Shown in pieces: positions 6,686-14,164 of a stretch of 43,476 nt of DNA. The DNA lies in the IMG/VR virus record IMGVR_UViG_3300028576_000001; one strand, written 5' to 3'. Every line of letters starts with the position of its first letter. Within the stretch, counting starts at the first letter, position 1. A program made the translations under genes and the position numbers. The notes beneath the pieces are model-generated. The model was given only the letters and a program-made list of their open reading frames with translations. It made no database searches and was not told where the DNA came from. This stretch comes from a virus.

Positions 6686-6780
6686 TTAATAACACCATCC
6701 TTTCTATATCATATTATACACTAAAGTTCAAGAAATTATAACTATTTTTGAAAAAAAGTTAAGAAAACTGAAAAATATCC

Positions 6781-6809
6781 TTGACATTATTTTTCCCTAA
6801 TGGTATTAT
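6781..6809 (+). promoter_or_regulatory. Early rightward sigma-70-type promoter
   Basis: TTGACA (6781-6786), a 17-nt spacer ending in TGG (extended -10 TG), then TATTAT (6804-6809). Confidence 0.7.
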
Positions 6810-6816
6810 GTATATA

Positions 6817-6834
6817 AGTTCAGGAAGTTGAACT
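6817..6834. promoter_or_regulatory. Operator candidate: palindrome AGTTCA-N6-TGAACT
   Basis: AGTTCAGGAAGTTGAACT lies just downstream of the -10. Further AGTTCA half-sites are at 6725-6730 and 6839-6844. Confidence 0.55.
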
Positions 6835-6861
6835 AAGTAGTTCAGCTTTCCAAAGATGTTC

Positions 6862-6926
6862 CTTGATAATTGAATACAGACCAGTAAAAAGCATGGAACA
6901 ACCCCCATGTTGTAATAATCTGGTTG
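6862..6926 (+). promoter_or_regulatory. Conserved 65-nt structured leader element, copy 1
   Basis: 55/65 identical to 7877-7941. It folds as GACCAG..[hairpin CAUGG-8 nt-CCAUG]..CUGGUU and lies ~55 nt downstream of the early promoter. Confidence 0.6.
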
Positions 6927-6957
6927 TAAATTTTATTTAAGATTGGTGGTGAAATAA

Positions 6958-6999
6958 ATGAATAAAGAGGAATTTAAGGATAGGTTAAAAGTTGGGTAA
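6958..6999 (+). CDS. Possible 13-codon leader or mini-ORF (MNKEEFKDRLKVG)
   Basis: A strong GGTGGTGA RBS lies 6 nt upstream of the ATG. It follows element copy 1 directly. It is too short to judge. Confidence 0.25.
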   Translation: MNKEEFKDRLKVG

Positions 7000-7054
7000 A
7001 CAACTTTCATGGTGGTTTGTATCTATATTTAGAGTAAAGCGAGTGTGATGAAAA

Positions 7055-7381
7055 ATGAATCCTAAAATAAATTACAATCGCCCATGTATTGGGTATGGTG
7101 AATTTGAAGGGAAATGTCACTACGTCACCGTTGATAATCCGCTAAAGCAGGGATTTTTAAGAAGGAAAGTGAGGTCAAGGATAATGCAAAATTATTATTA
7201 CCAAGTGCTTATAGACGGAAAAGTTTTTCCGTATGAAGGCTGTAAAATATGGAACAAAGAAAGCGCAGAAGTATATCTAAAACAAGCCGAAACAATCGTA
7301 AAAACACACGTTGATTACAAATATAAAAATTGCAAGGTTGAATTAGTGAGAATGGAAAGGGGGGTAATAGAGGATGAGTAA
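7055..7381 (+). CDS. Hypothetical early protein (108 aa)
   Basis: First substantial ORF of the rightward early transcript. No motif recognised. Confidence 0.6.
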   Translation: MNPKINYNRPCIGYGEFEGKCHYVTVDNPLKQGFLRRKVRSRIMQNYYYQVLIDGKVFPYEGCKIWNKESAEVYLKQAETIVKTHVDYKYKNCKVELVRMERGVIEDE

Positions 7382-7547
7382 TACAAACGACATATTCCAA
7401 GTGGATTACATGCTTGATGAAAAGAAAATAAAGATTAATCTTCCTGAAGAAGTTTGGAGGAACATTGATACTATAATCATGACAAGACTATTTCAAGAAG
7501 AATTGGTTGTTGAGAAACAAAAAGAAATTGAGGTTGAGGAAGAGTAA
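7374..7547 (+). CDS. Hypothetical small acidic protein (57 aa)
   Basis: ATG overlaps the upstream stop (ATGAGTAA). MSNTNDIFQVDYMLDEKKIKINLPEEVWRNIDTIIM... Below the track length cutoff. Confidence 0.45.
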   Translation: MSNTNDIFQVDYMLDEKKIKINLPEEVWRNIDTIIMTRLFQEELVVEKQKEIEVEEE

Positions 7548-7594
7548 TGAAAATTAAATTTAGGGTATGGGATAAGAGAAATAACAGATGTTAG
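7547..7594 (+). pseudogene. 15-codon remnant resembling a YopX-family N-terminus (MKIKFRVWDKRNNRC*)
   Basis: The TAATG overlap suggests coupling to the upstream ORF. The MKIKFRVWDK start is typical of YopX-like phage proteins, but a stop follows after 15 codons. Confidence 0.35.
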
Positions 7595-7859
7595 TATAAA
7601 TAGATATGACAAAGATGACTTCTGCAAAATCGTTGATGCAGTTGGTGTTGAAAAGCTTTTAAAGAAACAAAGTCATTATGAAAGACTTGACCAGGCTGAA
7701 CAGGAACTGTTCAGAAGCAAGCTTCCAAAGATAAAGCCCTCAAGTTCATCATCTTCAAGGAAATATGTGTGTCCTGGATGCGGTGCAATCATCAGAGCAA
7801 CAAAAGAAGTAAGGGTCACATGCACAGATTGTGAACTTGAATTTGAAGAAGAAATCTAA
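7551..7859 (+). CDS. Zinc-ribbon ORF with no canonical start codon for ~70 codons (C-terminus CPGC...CTDC)
   Basis: The frame is open from the stop at 7548-7550. The first ATG/GTG/TTG in frame is the GTG just before CPGC, near 7767. The C-terminus is KYVCPGCGAIIRATKEVRVTCTDCELEFEEEI. Confidence 0.35.
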   Translation, partial: KLNLGYGIREITDVSINRYDKDDFCKIVDAVGVEKLLKKQSHYERLDQAEQELFRSKLPKIKPSSSSSSRKYVCPGCGAIIRATKEVRVTCTDCELEFEEEI

Positions 7860-7876
7860 CTTATTGACTACTGTTC

Positions 7877-7941
7877 TTTGACAACTTAATACAGACCAGT
7901 AAACGGTGTGGAACAATCCCCATGTTGTAATAACCTGGTTG
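7877..7941 (+). promoter_or_regulatory. Conserved 65-nt structured leader element, copy 2
   Basis: P1 is GACCAG (7894-7899) with CUGGUU (7935-7940). P2 is ACGGUGUGG (7903-7911) with CCAUGUUGU (7920-7928). The loop is AACAAUCC. It ends 25 nt before the 7967 start. Confidence 0.6.
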
Positions 7942-7966
7942 ATTATATTAGAAAGGGGGTGAACCA

Positions 7967-8731
7967 TTGAATGAACAACCAAAGCTGCAAAGTGATTATT
8001 CATCAATTATTGTAAGCTATTCAAACGGAATTGACAGTGCAGGTGCATTATACTGGGCAGTGAATAATTTCCCAAAAGAAAAAATATTCCTTCTTTATTG
8101 TGATACTGGGATGGAATATGACATCAATATACAGTTGTTTTATAAAACAGCAGCATTCATGCGTGTGAAACCAATATTACTTGCACACCCAAAGAGTTTC
8201 CTTGGACTACTACTTGAAGAAAGACTGATGTTCCCTGACATGAAAAATAGATGGTGTACTTCTTATCTTAAAACAGGAATCACTGATAAATGGATGAGAG
8301 CAAACAGGAACATCCTTGGTGAAAAGTGCTTGTTTATAAGTGGTGAAAGAAGGGATGAATCACCAAAGCGGTCAAGACTTCCTGAAATTGAATACCACAG
8401 AACCCACTTGAAAACTGAAAGGGTTGCAAAGTTTGAATGTCACTGGTTCAGACCCTGCTTGGATTTTGAGAAGGGGAAAATGTTTGAACAAGGAAAACAA
8501 CTTCACCTTGAACCACATCCTTGTTATGAATATGTTGACAGGTGCAGTTGCATGTTTTGTGTATTCATGAAGGATAGGCACACAATTGAGAATATGAAAA
8601 GACATCCTGAAAAAATAAAACCATATATTCAAGCTGAAATCAAACTGCAACATACATGGAAAGCTAAAACCAGCTTAAAAGAATTATGGGATACAGTTTG
8701 TGATGAAGTTGAAGATGGCATTTTAGGATAG
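7967..8731 (+). CDS. PAPS-reductase-family PP-loop ATPase (phage type)
   Basis: TTG start after AAAGGGGGTGA. PP-loop SYSNGIDSAGALYWA, then LLYCDTGMEYD. C-terminal Cys cluster CYEYVDRCSCMFC. Confidence 0.7.
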   Translation: MNEQPKLQSDYSSIIVSYSNGIDSAGALYWAVNNFPKEKIFLLYCDTGMEYDINIQLFYKTAAFMRVKPILLAHPKSFLGLLLEERLMFPDMKNRWCTSYLKTGITDKWMRANRNILGEKCLFISGERRDESPKRSRLPEIEYHRTHLKTERVAKFECHWFRPCLDFEKGKMFEQGKQLHLEPHPCYEYVDRCSCMFCVFMKDRHTIENMKRHPEKIKPYIQAEIKLQHTWKAKTSLKELWDTVCDEVEDGILG

Positions 8732-8748
8732 AAAGGTGGTGATATCAA

Positions 8749-9111
8749 GTGGCAGGTTATAAGCAAGTTACAAATAAAGATGTTGAAATTTTCTTGAAAC
8801 TTTATAAGAAGTACCTTCTATTGAAAGTTAAGGAAATGGAAAAAATTTTGAAAACATTACCCACTAATGTAATTGAAAGATGCTTCAATAGTGCTGAATT
8901 CTATGACAAAGGATTTGACACTTCAAAAATTGATGAGATTGAATTTGGATTTGGCGGTCTGCATGGTTATTCCAAAATTGTTGATGTTTCAAATGCATTG
9001 TATATATGTAAGCAACTTGATAGTGAAGGCAAGCTTGATGAAACCATGAAAAGATATGGCTTCAAAGTGAAAAGAAATAAAATTGGTGTACTTGAACGGA
9101 AAGGAAGGTGA
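8749..9111 (+). CDS. Hypothetical protein (120 aa)
   Basis: GTG start after GAAAGGTGGTGA. No motif recognised. Confidence 0.55.
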   Translation: MAGYKQVTNKDVEIFLKLYKKYLLLKVKEMEKILKTLPTNVIERCFNSAEFYDKGFDTSKIDEIEFGFGGLHGYSKIVDVSNALYICKQLDSEGKLDETMKRYGFKVKRNKIGVLERKGR

Positions 9112-9116
9112 ATAAA

Positions 9117-9350
9117 ATGATTGATGTGACTTTTGATTATTCCAAGGTTAGAGGAAAAATCAAAGAAGTATTTGGAACACAGTCTGCATTTGCAGAAGCA
9201 ATGTCCATGTCACCTGTTTCCCTGTCTGAAAAGCTGAATAACAAAGTGCAATTCAGTCAGAAGGAAATTGACAGAGCATGTGACCTGCTTCAAATTGCAA
9301 AAGAAGAAATCCCCATATATTTTTTTACACCAAAAGTTAAGGAAGCTTAA
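9117..9350 (+). CDS. Small HTH protein (DUF739/Cro-like)
   Basis: MIDVTFDYSKVRGKIKEVFGTQSAFAEAMSMSPVSLSEKLNNKVQFSQKEI. ATG 9117 follows GGAAAGGAAGG (the track ORF starts at 9108). Confidence 0.65.
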   Translation: MIDVTFDYSKVRGKIKEVFGTQSAFAEAMSMSPVSLSEKLNNKVQFSQKEIDRACDLLQIAKEEIPIYFFTPKVKEA

Positions 9351-9371
9351 CCAACTTATAGAAAGGATGGT

Positions 9372-9779
9372 ATGAAAATGAGTTTTTCAGAGCAGTTGAA
9401 AAAAGCAATGTTGGAACGAAACATGAACCAAGCTGAACTTTCAGCACTTACTGGAATCGGAAAATCATCAATCAGTCAGTACCTTTCAGGTAAAAATGAA
9501 CCAAAAGAACTTGCGTTGAACAAGATTGCAGAAGCACTTGATTGTTCAGTTGCTTTCCTGAAAGGTGAAACGAATTGCAGCGATTCAACACCTGACCCCA
9601 AAGGATTGAGAAATGTACCTGTTGACCAGGCTGCAAAAATGCTTGGTAAGTCAAGGCAATTTGTAAGGGTTGCCCTTCAAAGAGGTATTGCACCATTTGG
9701 ATTTGCGGTAAAGTTGTCAGGCGAAAAATTTTCTTACCACATTTCACCGAAGAAGCTGAATGAATATATCGGAATATGA
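9372..9779 (+). CDS. XRE-family HTH DNA-binding protein with a C-terminal extension
   Basis: MNQAELSALTGIGKSSISQYLSGKNEPKELALNKIAEALDCSVAFL. Confidence 0.8.
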   Translation: MKMSFSEQLKKAMLERNMNQAELSALTGIGKSSISQYLSGKNEPKELALNKIAEALDCSVAFLKGETNCSDSTPDPKGLRNVPVDQAAKMLGKSRQFVRVALQRGIAPFGFAVKLSGEKFSYHISPKKLNEYIGI

Positions 9780-9796
9780 GAAAGGAAGGTTCAGAC

Positions 9797-10864
9797 ATGG
9801 AAAATGTAAAAGGATTCAAAGTGTTCAGTCCTGATTGGACATGCAGGGGTTTCCAGTATGAAGTTGGCAAGGTATATGAAGAAAATGTGACACCAAGCGT
9901 TTGTGACAGAGGTTTTCACTTCTGCAAACAGGCAAAGGACTGTTTCAACTATTACAAGTTTGACCCCAACAACAAGGTTGCAGAAGTCATTGCCCTGGGC
10001 GATATTGCAGAAGATGGTGACAAGTGCTGCACCAACATAATCAAGATTGAAAGAGAAATCACCTGGGAAGAAGTGCTGACAATTGTCAACACTGGAAAGG
10101 CTTGCACTGGTCTTTGCAACAGCGGTAACAGGAACAGCGGTGATTGGAACAGCGGTAACAGGAACAGCGGTGACTTCAACAGCGGTGATTGGAACAGCGG
10201 TGATTGGAACAGCGGTGATTGCAACAGCGGTAACAGGAACAGCGGTGATTGGAACAGCGGTGATTGGAACAGCGGTAACAGGAACAGCGGTAACAGGAAC
10301 AGCGGTGATTGGAACAGCGGTAACAGGAACAGCGGTGATTGGAACAGCGGTAACAGGAACAGCGGTGACTTCAACAGCGGTGATTGCAACAGCGGTGATT
10401 GGAACAGCGGTAACAGGAACAGCGGTAACAGGAACAGCGGTAACAGGAACAGCGGTAACAGGAACAGCGGTAACAGGAACAGCGGTAACAGGAACAGCGG
10501 TGATTGGAACAAGGCTTCCAATGTGGTTGGTTGCTTCAATACTGAAAATCAGAAGCTGCGGTTCTTTGATAAGGAAACAGACATGACCTTTGAGCAGTGG
10601 CGAAATTCGGAAGCATGTTGGTTGATGAACAGAATTGATTTCAGACCTGCTGACTGGATTTGGTCAAATGAAATGTCAGATGCTGAAAAGGCTGAACATC
10701 CTGAACATGAAACCACTGGCGGTTATTTGAAAATTCGTGACAACACTGACTGCTGCAAAGAATGGTGGAACGGTCTTAACCAAAGAGAAAAGCAAGTCAT
10801 CATGAGCATCCCCAACTTTGATGCAGATAAGTTCTTCAAAATAACTGGGGTAAAGGTTGGGTGA
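9797..10864 (+). CDS. Pentapeptide-repeat protein with a Cys/His-containing N-terminal domain (DUF7666-like) and a C-terminal globular domain
   Basis: The N-terminus FKVFSPDWTCRGFQYEVGKVYEE...CDRGFHFC is a recurrent phage domain. It is followed by 26 consecutive NSG[DN][WRFC] pentapeptides. ATG 9797 follows GAAAGGAAGG. Confidence 0.8.
   Translation: MENVKGFKVFSPDWTCRGFQYEVGKVYEENVTPSVCDRGFHFCKQAKDCFNYYKFDPNNKVAEVIALGDIAEDGDKCCTNIIKIEREITWEEVLTIVNTGKACTGLCNSGNRNSGDWNSGNRNSGDFNSGDWNSGDWNSGDCNSGNRNSGDWNSGDWNSGNRNSGNRNSGDWNSGNRNSGDWNSGNRNSGDFNSGDCNSGDWNSGNRNSGNRNSGNRNSGNRNSGNRNSGNRNSGDWNKASNVVGCFNTENQKLRFFDKETDMTFEQWRNSEACWLMNRIDFRPADWIWSNEMSDAEKAEHPEHETTGGYLKIRDNTDCCKEWWNGLNQREKQVIMSIPNFDADKFFKITGVKVG
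10118..10507 (+). repeat. 26 tandem 15-nt units, AACAGCGGT(AACAGG / GATTGG / GACTTC / GATTGC)
   Basis: Counted from the sequence: 390 nt. The first 9 nt of every unit are invariant, and only four unit variants occur. Confidence 0.95.
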
Positions 10865-10868
10865 TTGC

Positions 10869-12167
10869 ATGAAGCTATATGAACACCAAAAGCAAGCACT
10901 GGAACAGACCAAAGCATTCAACAAGGTTGCATATTACTTGGACATGGGTCTTGGTAAAACATTTGTTGGTTCGGAAAAGATGGTTCAACTTGGTACAGAT
11001 ACCAACATCATAATCTGTCAGAAATCAAAGATAAATGACTGGATGAAACACTTCAAAGACCACTATCCAAGAATTCAAATTTATAACCTGACCGATAAAA
11101 AGCAACTGGATGATTTCATTTCACATGATACAGCATGGGCAGGTTATCCTGGTGCAATAATGACAGTCGGCATCATCAATTATGATTTAGTATTCAGAAG
11201 GTCAGAACTTCTTCAATTAGAGCATTTCACCTTGATGCTTGATGAATCATCACAAATACAAAATGACACTGCAAAACGGTCAAAATTCATCCTTAAAATG
11301 AAACCTGACAATGTGATTCTACTTTCAGGAACACCTACATCAGGAAAATATGAAAACCTATGGTCACAGATGAACCTGCTTGGATGGTCAATCAGCAAAG
11401 AATTATACAATAGACAATATGTGAACTGGGTCAAAGTCGAAACAGATGGTTTCATTCACTTTGTAATTGACAAAGAAGAACCTTACAAGAATGTTGACCG
11501 ATTAAAACAAAAGATGCGTGATTATGGGTCAGTGTTCCTTAAAACAGAAGAATGTTTTGACCTTCCTGAACAGATATTCATTCCAATTACAGTTAAGAAA
11601 ACAAAAGAATACACAAGATTCAGGAAAAAAGGACTTGTGACAATTGATGGAACTGAACTTGTTGGTGACAGCACCTTGACTAAAAGATTATATTCCAGGA
11701 TGCTTTGTGGTCACTACAACAAGGACAAGCTTCAAGCATTCAAAGACCTGGCATCCAGTACAAAAGACAGACTGATTGTGTTCTACAACTTCAATGCAGA
11801 ACTGGATGCACTTCAACGGATAGCAGCAGAACTTGAAAGACCTATATCACAGGTGAATGGTCATGTCAAAGACCTGACTGCTTATGAAAATGAAGAAGAT
11901 TCAATCACCCTGGTGCAATATCAGGCAGGTGCAATGGGATTGAACCTTCAAAAGGCAAACAAGGTTGTGTTCTTCACACTCACTGATAAAAGTGAACTTT
12001 TTGAACAGGCAAAAAAGAGGGTTCACAGAATCGGTCAAAGCAAGACATGCTTCTATTACCTGATGATGTGCAACGACAGTGTTGAAGAAGTCATCCTTGA
12101 TACCTTGAACCAAAGAAAGGATTTTACTGACTATCTATTTGAGCAGTTTGAAAGGGATTCAAAATGA
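10869..12167 (+). CDS. SNF2-family helicase/ATPase
   Basis: LYEHQKQA...MGLGKT (motif I), LMLDESSQIQ (motif II), LLSGTP, QAGAMGLNLQ, RVHRIGQ (motif VI). Confidence 0.88.
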   Translation: MKLYEHQKQALEQTKAFNKVAYYLDMGLGKTFVGSEKMVQLGTDTNIIICQKSKINDWMKHFKDHYPRIQIYNLTDKKQLDDFISHDTAWAGYPGAIMTVGIINYDLVFRRSELLQLEHFTLMLDESSQIQNDTAKRSKFILKMKPDNVILLSGTPTSGKYENLWSQMNLLGWSISKELYNRQYVNWVKVETDGFIHFVIDKEEPYKNVDRLKQKMRDYGSVFLKTEECFDLPEQIFIPITVKKTKEYTRFRKKGLVTIDGTELVGDSTLTKRLYSRMLCGHYNKDKLQAFKDLASSTKDRLIVFYNFNAELDALQRIAAELERPISQVNGHVKDLTAYENEEDSITLVQYQAGAMGLNLQKANKVVFFTLTDKSELFEQAKKRVHRIGQSKTCFYYLMMCNDSVEEVILDTLNQRKDFTDYLFEQFERDSK

Positions 12168-12622
12168 ACTACAAACATGGAATGAAAGGAACAAGGCTTT
12201 ATAGGATTTGGCAAGCTATGAAAACAAGATGCTTCAACCCAAACTTTCCAAGATTCAATGATTATGGTGGTCGTGGAATTAGTGTTTGTGATGAATGGAA
12301 AGATGATTTTCAAGCCTTCCATTGTTGGTCAATTTTGAATGGTTATCAAGAGAATTTGACCATAGACAGAATTGATAATGATGGAAATTATGAACCTATA
12401 AATTGCAGATGGACAACCAATGAAGTTCAAGCAAACAATTCAAGACAATGCAATTTCATTGAATTTAATGGTGAAACTCACAACCTTACTGAATGGGCAG
12501 AAATACTAAACATTCCAAGGTATGTGCTATCAAACAGAATTCATGCTTACGGTTGGACAGTTGAAAGAGCATTCACAACCAAAGCACAAAGGAAACCAAG
12601 AAAGGCGGTGAACAAAGTATGA
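12164..12622 (+). CDS. HNH-like endonuclease / DNA-binding protein (free-standing, homing-endonuclease-like)
   Basis: TRLYRIWQAMKTRCFNPNFPRFNDYGGRGISVCDEW...IDRIDNDGNYEPINCRWTTNEVQANN is a pattern seen in phage HNH-type proteins. Start and stop overlap both neighbouring genes. Confidence 0.6.
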   Translation: MNYKHGMKGTRLYRIWQAMKTRCFNPNFPRFNDYGGRGISVCDEWKDDFQAFHCWSILNGYQENLTIDRIDNDGNYEPINCRWTTNEVQANNSRQCNFIEFNGETHNLTEWAEILNIPRYVLSNRIHAYGWTVERAFTTKAQRKPRKAVNKV

Positions 12623-13218
12623 ACTATTCAAAGAATGTGAGATATAAGAAAAACCACAAGCAAGTGGTGTTTAGAAGGATTCTTATTTCATGGGTTATCA
12701 TCTTGTTAGTTGGTGCAATGGTTGGCTTCTTTATTGGAAGGTCAACAAAGTCAGCAAATACATTACCAATAACCACTGAAACCAGTACGTTTGCCCCTTT
12801 CCCCACACTAACAGTTACACCACATGTGACAATGACCCCTGTTCAAGAAACTTCTGAACCGCAACCAAAAACTGAATTGGTTAGCCTGGGCGAATTCAGA
12901 ATCACAGCATACTGTCATTGTGAAAAGTGCTGCGGTGACTGGTCAAAAGACAGACCAACAGATGAAGATGGAAAGCTGCTTGTGTACACAGCATCAGGTG
13001 AACTTGCAGTTGAAGGTATGACCATAGCAGCGGATACAAGTGTACTGCCCTTTGGAACGGAAGTCATCATTGATGGCAACAGGTACATAGTCCAGGACAG
13101 GGGCAGAGTTATCAAAAACAACCGAATTGATGTGTATTTTGAAAATCATCAGGATGCCTTGGAATTCGGTGTTCAATACAAAGAAGTATTTATAGAAAGG
13201 ATGATTGAAAATGATTAA
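12619..13218 (+). CDS. Membrane-anchored 3D-domain (MltA/YabE-type) cell-wall-binding or lytic protein
   Basis: N-terminal TM (ILISWVIILLVGAMVGFFIG). RITAYCHCEKCCGDW...TASG...TIAADTSVLPFGTEVIIDG..YIVQDRG..I...RIDVYF. Confidence 0.75.
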   Translation: MNYSKNVRYKKNHKQVVFRRILISWVIILLVGAMVGFFIGRSTKSANTLPITTETSTFAPFPTLTVTPHVTMTPVQETSEPQPKTELVSLGEFRITAYCHCEKCCGDWSKDRPTDEDGKLLVYTASGELAVEGMTIAADTSVLPFGTEVIIDGNRYIVQDRGRVIKNNRIDVYFENHQDALEFGVQYKEVFIERMIEND

Positions 13219-13654
13219 GTGTAACAATGAATGCCCATTGAAAAAGTTTGACGGATGTTGTCATTCTTGCCCCCACATTGAGGGATGCACAGATGCATGT
13301 GAAAGTGAACCAAAAACATGCGGTGAAGCAATCTTTGATGAAGAAACAGGTTTGATGACATTCCAGGAACAGCAGGTTGCAGTTCTTCAACAAATTGCTG
13401 ACCTGGTAACTGCAAAGAAAAAGATTGAAGCACAGGAAAAGGAACTGAAAGACAAGTTGAAAGAAGCAATGGAAAAATACAGTGTTAAGAAGTTTGACAG
13501 TGACATTCTGAAAATCACATATGTTGCTGCAACTACTGCAACAAGCATTGACAGTGCTAAGCTGAAAAAGAAGTACCCTGCTATTGCAGAAGAATGTTCA
13601 AAGACTTCTAAAAAATCAGCTTACATCAAAGTTGAAATCAAGGATGAAGCCTAA
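13211..13654 (+). CDS. Hypothetical protein with a Cys-rich N-terminus and a coiled coil
   Basis: CNNECPLKKFDGCCHSCPHIEGCTDACESEPKTC followed by a coiled coil. No family recognised. Confidence 0.55.
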   Translation: MIKCNNECPLKKFDGCCHSCPHIEGCTDACESEPKTCGEAIFDEETGLMTFQEQQVAVLQQIADLVTAKKKIEAQEKELKDKLKEAMEKYSVKKFDSDILKITYVAATTATSIDSAKLKKKYPAIAEECSKTSKKSAYIKVEIKDEA

Positions 13655-13841
13655 AGAAACCACATGCAAGGATTGCAGAAAGTGGCGGTATTGCGTGGAA
13701 AGTTCCAGGGGATATCCTTGCATCAAGTTTGAAAGGATGTGTTGCAAGTGGGCAGTGAAAAACGGTTTGAAACCAAGGTCAAGAAGTGGCTTGAATCAGA
13801 AGGAATCTATTCAGCAGGAACAGCACAGGACAAGAAAGTGA
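13644..13841 (+). CDS. Possible small Cys-rich ORF (65 aa); its 3' ~100 nt overlap the VRR-NUC gene
   Basis: MKPKETTCKDCRKWRYCVESSRGYPCIKFERMCC... The RBS is weak, and the long out-of-frame overlap leaves its extent uncertain. Confidence 0.3.
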   Translation: MKPKETTCKDCRKWRYCVESSRGYPCIKFERMCCKWAVKNGLKPRSRSGLNQKESIQQEQHRTRK

Positions 13842-14164
13842 TTCCTGAATGTGGTTGGTACTTAAAGACCTGGGGCGGTGGAATGCAAAAATCAGGCATC
13901 CCTGACCTGCTGCTTTGTGTGAATGGCTTCTTCATCAGTGCAGAACTGAAAGGTGATGCAGGAAAACCATCTGACCTTCAATTGAAAAACACAACAGCAA
14001 TCAATGGGTCAAATGGAATAGGTATGGTTCTTTATCCGAAAGGATTTGAACAATTTCAAAACATAGTGAAAGGGGTGAAAAAATGCAATGTTCACACAGC
14101 AGAATTGAATGCTTTGAAAAATGCCCATTCAAGTACAAGCTGCGTTATCGTGACAAAATACTAA
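13739..14164 (+). CDS. VRR-NUC domain nuclease
   Basis: FETKVKKWLE...SGIPDLLLCVNGFFISAELKGDAGKPSDLQ has the PD-(D/E)XK VRR-NUC signature. The start is ambiguous (GTG 13739, TTG 13742 or GTG 13748). Confidence 0.75.
   Translation: MLQVGSEKRFETKVKKWLESEGIYSAGTAQDKKVIPECGWYLKTWGGGMQKSGIPDLLLCVNGFFISAELKGDAGKPSDLQLKNTTAINGSNGIGMVLYPKGFEQFQNIVKGVKKCNVHTAELNALKNAHSSTSCVIVTKY

Noticed and set aside
9952-10586. Long ORFs on both strands and in other frames across the 15-nt repeat array (9952-10539 minus, 10083-10586 plus)
   Set aside because: These frames stay open because of the periodic repeat. They encode monotonous LPLF or TAVIG strings, have no RBS, and overlap the well-supported 9797-10864 gene.
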